The translations under genes and the position numbers were made by a program. The notes under the pieces are model-generated. The model had not been told where the DNA came from. It worked only from the letters and a program-made list of their open reading frames with translations, and searched no databases. From NCBI GenBank assembly GCA_031412595.1, contig JANODH010000182.1, positions 1-54,575 of the forward strand: 54,575 nucleotides of DNA. The letters are read 5' to 3'. Shown piece by piece: positions 50,518-54,575 of this stretch (the first letter of the stretch is position 1; every line of letters begins with the position of its first letter). This DNA is from Sphingomonas sp. (GTDB lineage Bacteria > Pseudomonadota > Alphaproteobacteria > Sphingomonadales > Sphingomonadaceae).

Positions 50518-51174
50518 TCAATTTGTGGGCAACACCCATTTGATGCGGCTGCTGTAGACACCACCGATCGGGCTTCCATCCGAGTCCCGGCCTGGCGTGA
50601 ACTTGGCACGTCGCTTCAGCAGTGTGCACGTCGTATTGTCGAGCGTCGATGAACCACTAGACGATGTAATCGTGCAGTTCGTCACCCGTCCGTCGACACC
50701 GATATCCAGCCGAAACCCTGTCGTGCCCGATTCTTCGTTACGAACGGCCGATGGAGGATAATCGTCGTTCGACGTCCACGTGCCGGGATTACCTTTTGGT
50801 GCGAGCTTGGCGACTGGCGCAGGCGGCGGCGGTGGTGGCGCAGGACGCGGTGGTTCGGGCGTCGGCACGAAAACGGGTGGCGGTGTCGCTTGTGTCACAA
50901 TAGGCGGTGGCGCCTGATTGGTATTGACGATCGGCGGTGGCGAAACGACCGGCGGCGGCGGGACATTCTGGTCCGGCGGTGGCGGCGGTGGCGGCTCGAC
51001 GGGTGGCGGCGGCTCGTCCTTCACATCGAACGTGTTCAGATCGGCAGCAACTTTCTTAACGACATTGTAGCCGCCATTTACCAGCGCATACCCGATAATA
51101 GCGTGAATGAGAACGACCACGAAGATCGACCACATTCGTGCAGGTGTCATCTCTTTATTATCTGTATAGGACAT
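50518..51174 (-). CDS. tonB: TonB energy transducer
   Basis: TM helix with His, Pro-rich linker, DYPPSA...EESGTTGF...SSGSSTLD...FTPG TonB_C domain. Confidence 0.92.
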   Translation of the reverse strand: MSYTDNKEMTPARMWSIFVVVLIHAIIGYALVNGGYNVVKKVAADLNTFDVKDEPPPPVEPPPPPPPDQNVPPPPVVSPPPIVNTNQAPPPIVTQATPPPVFVPTPEPPRPAPPPPPPAPVAKLAPKGNPGTWTSNDDYPPSAVRNEESGTTGFRLDIGVDGRVTNCTITSSSGSSTLDNTTCTLLKRRAKFTPGRDSDGSPIGGVYSSRIKWVLPTN

Positions 51175-51385
51175 CCGGCGTTTTTACTCCCTCCAAACAG
51201 ACCGTGAATGGAAAACCAATTCAGTGCCGGAATCGTTCCGACCTATCCTGCGATCCCATCCTGCCCGAACTCTCACCGCTTTTACGGCAAGCCTGAAATA
51301 CTATCGCTCCCAACAACGGCGCGCAATCGCTTAATCCCTGTTCATCTTTGCTGATGCAACCCTAAGCTGGCAGGACCGTTACAAA

Positions 51386-52267
51386 ATGCAACAGCCCGAA
51401 AGTCGAAATCTTATGAGCCAGCGCACCGAATCGATGCAAAAGTTGCTGAGGGGTGCCGCCGTGGCGAGTGCGCTTTTGATGGTAAATGGCGGATTTGCTT
51501 CAGTTCCAAAGCAAACAGCAAGCAACGCAACCCAGTGGGCCTATGCGGACTTTGCAGACTTATTCGCTGGTGCGCCGATTGTTCTGCGCGCGAAAATCAC
51601 TTCGGCAACCCCGCTGAAGGACCCAGCGATTTCGTCTGGCGCTGTCCGTTTTTACATTGAGGCAGACGTAATCGCGCTGATTCGTAGTACTCAACCCATG
51701 GCGCCGCGCCTGGCTTGGCTGGTTGATGTACTGCCTGATTCGCGGGGGAAGATACCGCGAATGAAAAAGGCCGATGTTCTCGTGGCTGCGCTTCCCGTTG
51801 CGGGCCGACCTGGCGAAATCCGACTTGCGGCACCCGATGCACAAGTTTTCTGGAATGCGGCACTTGAGACAAATATCCGCAACGTCGTGAATGGTGCGGC
51901 GGCGCCCGGCGCGCCGCCCACGATTACGGGAATATCCAGCGCTTTTCACACGGCCGGCACGATTACAGGAGAGGGCGAAACCCAGATCTTCCTGTCGACA
52001 GTCACGAAAGCACCGATCTCGATTACGGTTCTTACCAGGCCGGGCGAAGCCAAACGCTGGGCGTTTGCACTGGGCGAGATTGTCGATGAAGCAGCAGCAC
52101 CGCCGGCACGAGACACGCTGGCATGGTATCGTCTGGCCTGCTTTTTACCGCGCGCACTGCCTGTCTCGGCGACAGCCGCATTGCCGCAAACCGAAGCTGA
52201 TGCAGCGCAGGAAGATTATCGTTTCGTGATCGATGCGTTAGGCTTGTGCCCGCGCAGCAGGCGCTAA
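51386..52267 (+). CDS. Hypothetical exported protein
   Basis: 293-aa ORF with signal-like N-terminus, fills the gap between tonB and clpS; start may be 51413 or 51434. Confidence 0.7.
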   Translation: MQQPESRNLMSQRTESMQKLLRGAAVASALLMVNGGFASVPKQTASNATQWAYADFADLFAGAPIVLRAKITSATPLKDPAISSGAVRFYIEADVIALIRSTQPMAPRLAWLVDVLPDSRGKIPRMKKADVLVAALPVAGRPGEIRLAAPDAQVFWNAALETNIRNVVNGAAAPGAPPTITGISSAFHTAGTITGEGETQIFLSTVTKAPISITVLTRPGEAKRWAFALGEIVDEAAAPPARDTLAWYRLACFLPRALPVSATAALPQTEADAAQEDYRFVIDALGLCPRSRR

Positions 52268-52283
52268 CCGATCGAAAAGGCAG

Positions 52284-52625
52284 TCAGGCCTTTTCGAGCG
52301 TGCACTGAAGCGGGTGTTGCTGCGTCCGCGCGAAATCCATCACTTGGGTCACTTTGGTTTCGGCGACTTCGTAACTGAAGATACCGCACACGCCGACACC
52401 CTTCTGGTGAACGTGAAGCATGACACGCGTTGCATCTTCCATACTCATCCGAAAAAACCGCTGCAAACACAGAACGACGAATTCCATCGGTGTGTAATCA
52501 TCGTTGAGCATCAAGACTTTATACGGCGCAGGCTGCTTGGTCCGCGTACGGGTCCGCGTGGCGACACCCACCCCTGTGCCGCTGCCTTCATCATTTTTCC
52601 GTTCGTTTGCGGCTCGAATCTGCAT
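52284..52625 (-). CDS. clpS: ATP-dependent Clp protease adaptor ClpS
   Basis: [41 protein letters not shown]. Confidence 0.95.
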   Translation of the reverse strand: MQIRAANERKNDEGSGTGVGVATRTRTRTKQPAPYKVLMLNDDYTPMEFVVLCLQRFFRMSMEDATRVMLHVHQKGVGVCGIFSYEVAETKVTQVMDFARTQQHPLQCTLEKA

Positions 52626-52673
52626 AGTTTCACGATATGGCATCGTGGGCGCGCGGGGCAAGAGTTTGCCGAC

Positions 52674-52711
52674 AAAAAAATGGCCGCCCCGGTGTCCCGC
52701 AGCAGCCATTT
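52674..52711 (-). terminator. Intrinsic terminator after phasin gene
   Basis: AAAATGGCTGC...GCGGCCATTTTTTT hairpin with U-tract on the minus strand. Confidence 0.65.
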
Positions 52712-52732
52712 TAGATGGAGAGAGTTAGAAAT

Positions 52733-53506
52733 TTAAGCAGCAGTGACCGACTTCACTTTTTCGACAGCAACTGCATAACGGTTCTGCATCGGCTGCATGA
52801 TTTCACCCAAAAGCTTCATATAGCCTTCGGTGAACTTAGACGCTTCGCCGACGAACGCATCGAGATTGCTCTTGGCAACTTCGGACTGCAGCGCAAAAAA
52901 TTCCGTCGGCGATTTCACCGCGGCAAACTTCTTTGCCGTCGCGTTCGCATCTTCGATCGACTTGCGACCATATTCGGCCGAATATTTCGCGATATCCTGA
53001 ACGCCCTTGGCTGCAACGCGGCCCGACGCAACAACGGCTTCGAGATTGCCCTTGGAGAACTCAACCATTTCTTCGAGGCCCTTCGAGCCCTTTTCCATCG
53101 CTGTCTTCGCGCGTGCCGAGACGTCGCCGAAAACTTCAGTGGCGCGTGCGGTCGCATCGGCTGTCATTTTTTGAGCGGTTTCCTGAACCTTGGTCACGGT
53201 ATCGTTCATGCGTGTGCTTCCTTTTGCTTTGACGAGTGTCTTGGTCGCACCAACAACTTTGGCTGATGCGGTTTTCGATTGGGCAGTCTTCGCTGATGGA
53301 ACAGCTTTTTTCATGGCCATGGCTTTCTTGCGGACAACCGGTGCCTTAGCGGCAGGCAGCTTCGCCGGTGGCACTTTCGCCGCGACTGGCTTGGACGCTT
53401 CTACCTTTGGCGCAGCAACCGGCGCGGCCACCCGTGCAGGCTCGGCTACAGTTGCCGATGTTACGGGCTTCGTATCAATCTTGTCGGCTTCGGGTTTATC
53501 GACCAC
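52733..53506 (-). CDS. phaP: Phasin (PHA granule protein) with Ala/Lys/Pro-rich N-terminal extension
   Basis: C-terminal Phasin_2-type FSKGNLEAVVAS...AVKSPTEFFALQSE; directly downstream of phaC. Confidence 0.85.
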   Translation of the reverse strand: MVDKPEADKIDTKPVTSATVAEPARVAAPVAAPKVEASKPVAAKVPPAKLPAAKAPVVRKKAMAMKKAVPSAKTAQSKTASAKVVGATKTLVKAKGSTRMNDTVTKVQETAQKMTADATARATEVFGDVSARAKTAMEKGSKGLEEMVEFSKGNLEAVVASGRVAAKGVQDIAKYSAEYGRKSIEDANATAKKFAAVKSPTEFFALQSEVAKSNLDAFVGEASKFTEGYMKLLGEIMQPMQNRYAVAVEKVKSVTAA

Positions 53507-53522
53507 GAGCGGTCTCCATCAA

Positions 53523-53587
53523 GTTTATGTTGCAGTGCAATATAAACAGGTCGCGATGTTTTGCAAGCATTTTGTTGCGGTGCAACA
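53523..53587. promoter_or_regulatory. Two palindromic PhaR-type operator boxes
   Basis: GTTTATGTTGCAGTGCAATATAAAC (53523-53547) and TGTTGCGGTGCAACA (53573-53587) upstream of the phasin. Confidence 0.7.
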
Positions 53588-53618
53588 TAAATTGATAATA
53601 CTGCGCTAACTTACCATT

Positions 53619-54575
53619 TTAGCGCGACTTTACATAGCGTCCTGGCGCGTCCTCGATAACCTTTAGCGGGCCCTCACCCGGCAAACGAGCGCCCGTCGCA
53701 GCAACCTGATCGTCGTCGAAGCTGCGTATCCAACCGATCCAGTCGGGCCACCAGCTGCCCGCGTGCTCGGTCGCACCCCCGACGAAATCGTCAAGTGAGG
53801 TCATCGGCCCGTCCACCCAATGCTGATATTTCTTGGCCTCGGGCGGATTGACGACGCCCGCGATATGACCGGACCCGGCCATTACGAATCGCACAGGCCC
53901 TTTCAGATGGTCAGTCAGCTTCCAGACACTGGCGAGCGGCGCGATATGGTCTTCACGGCCTGCCTGAATATAAGAAGGCGTTTCGATTTTCGTCAGATCA
54001 ATCGGTTCACCCAGCGCATGCAATGCGCCCGGGACCACCAGTTTGTTGTCGCGATAGAGATCGCACAGATAGGATTTGTGCCATTTCGCCGGCAAGTTGG
54101 TCGTATCGCCGTTCCAGTGCAGCAGATCGAACGCCGGATAGTCTTTCCCAAGCAGATAGTTGCTGACAACGGTATTCCAGATCAGGTCTTTGCCCCGGAG
54201 CAGATTAAACGTGAGTGCCAGATAGCGGCCATCGAGAAATCCCTGGGCGGAGAGCTGGTCGATCAACGCGAGATTGGCATCATCGACAAAGTTGAGCAGT
54301 TCGCCTGCCTCGCTGAAATCAACCTGCGCCGTAAAGAACGTCGCTGATTGGACGTGCTTGGCTTTGCCTTTGGCGGCCAGCACGGCCAGCGTCGCTGCAA
54401 GCGTCGTGCCCGCAACGCAATAGCCGATCGTATGCACCGACTTCACATCGAGCAGTTTGCGAACGGTGTCGATCGCATCGATCTGTGCGGCGATATAGTC
54501 GTCCCAGATAATGCCTGCCATCGACGCGTCAGCCGATTTCCAGCTGACAATGAACACGCTCAGCCCCTGGCTCAC
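53619..54575 (-). CDS. phaC: Class I polyhydroxyalkanoate synthase, partial (5' end beyond right edge)
   Basis: Lipase box GYCVAG, QVDF, FDLLHWN, EDHIAP, SGHIAG, GSWWPDW, APGRYV. Confidence 0.95.
   Translation of the reverse strand: MSQGLSVFIVSWKSADASMAGIIWDDYIAAQIDAIDTVRKLLDVKSVHTIGYCVAGTTLAATLAVLAAKGKAKHVQSATFFTAQVDFSEAGELLNFVDDANLALIDQLSAQGFLDGRYLALTFNLLRGKDLIWNTVVSNYLLGKDYPAFDLLHWNGDTTNLPAKWHKSYLCDLYRDNKLVVPGALHALGEPIDLTKIETPSYIQAGREDHIAPLASVWKLTDHLKGPVRFVMAGSGHIAGVVNPPEAKKYQHWVDGPMTSLDDFVGGATEHAGSWWPDWIGWIRSFDDDQVAATGARLPGEGPLKVIEDAPGRYVKSR

Overview
GC-rich alphaproteobacterial chromosome segment; the gene set and signal-peptide style suggest Sphingomonadales (inference). The left ~28 kb is an accessory secretion/envelope block. 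It holds a giant (>3,500 aa) filamentous-haemagglutinin-type TpsA gene that runs off the left edge and is missing from the ORF track. Upstream of it on the minus strand are a TpsB (ShlB/FhaC) transporter, an ExbB fused to DUF2341+LamG domains, ExbD, a TonB-like protein and a putative porin. Diverging from these are a lipoprotein and a type II secretion operon (gspE,F,H,I,J,L,M,C-like,K; no gspD, gspG or gspO in view), then a priming sugar transferase, a short OPX exporter and a SleB-type hydrolase, ending at the 3' end of tRNA-Val(GAC). Pho-box-like 11-bp tandem repeats precede the giant gene, the T2SS arm and a plcP-agt lipid-remodelling pair. The right half is mostly core genome: cpdR, N-formylglutamate amidohydrolase with an MmgR/alpha-r8-like sRNA, SapC, DEAD-box helicase, MATE, alkaline phosphatase plus PEP-CTERM protein, tgt/queA, cyclophilin, coaD, ispA, xseB, acyl-CoA ligase, trcR, a second tonB-exbB-exbD-exbD set, clpS, a phasin with PhaR-type boxes and partial phaC. 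No CRISPR array, integrase or transposase was seen. All family calls come from reading motifs by eye; no database search was run.
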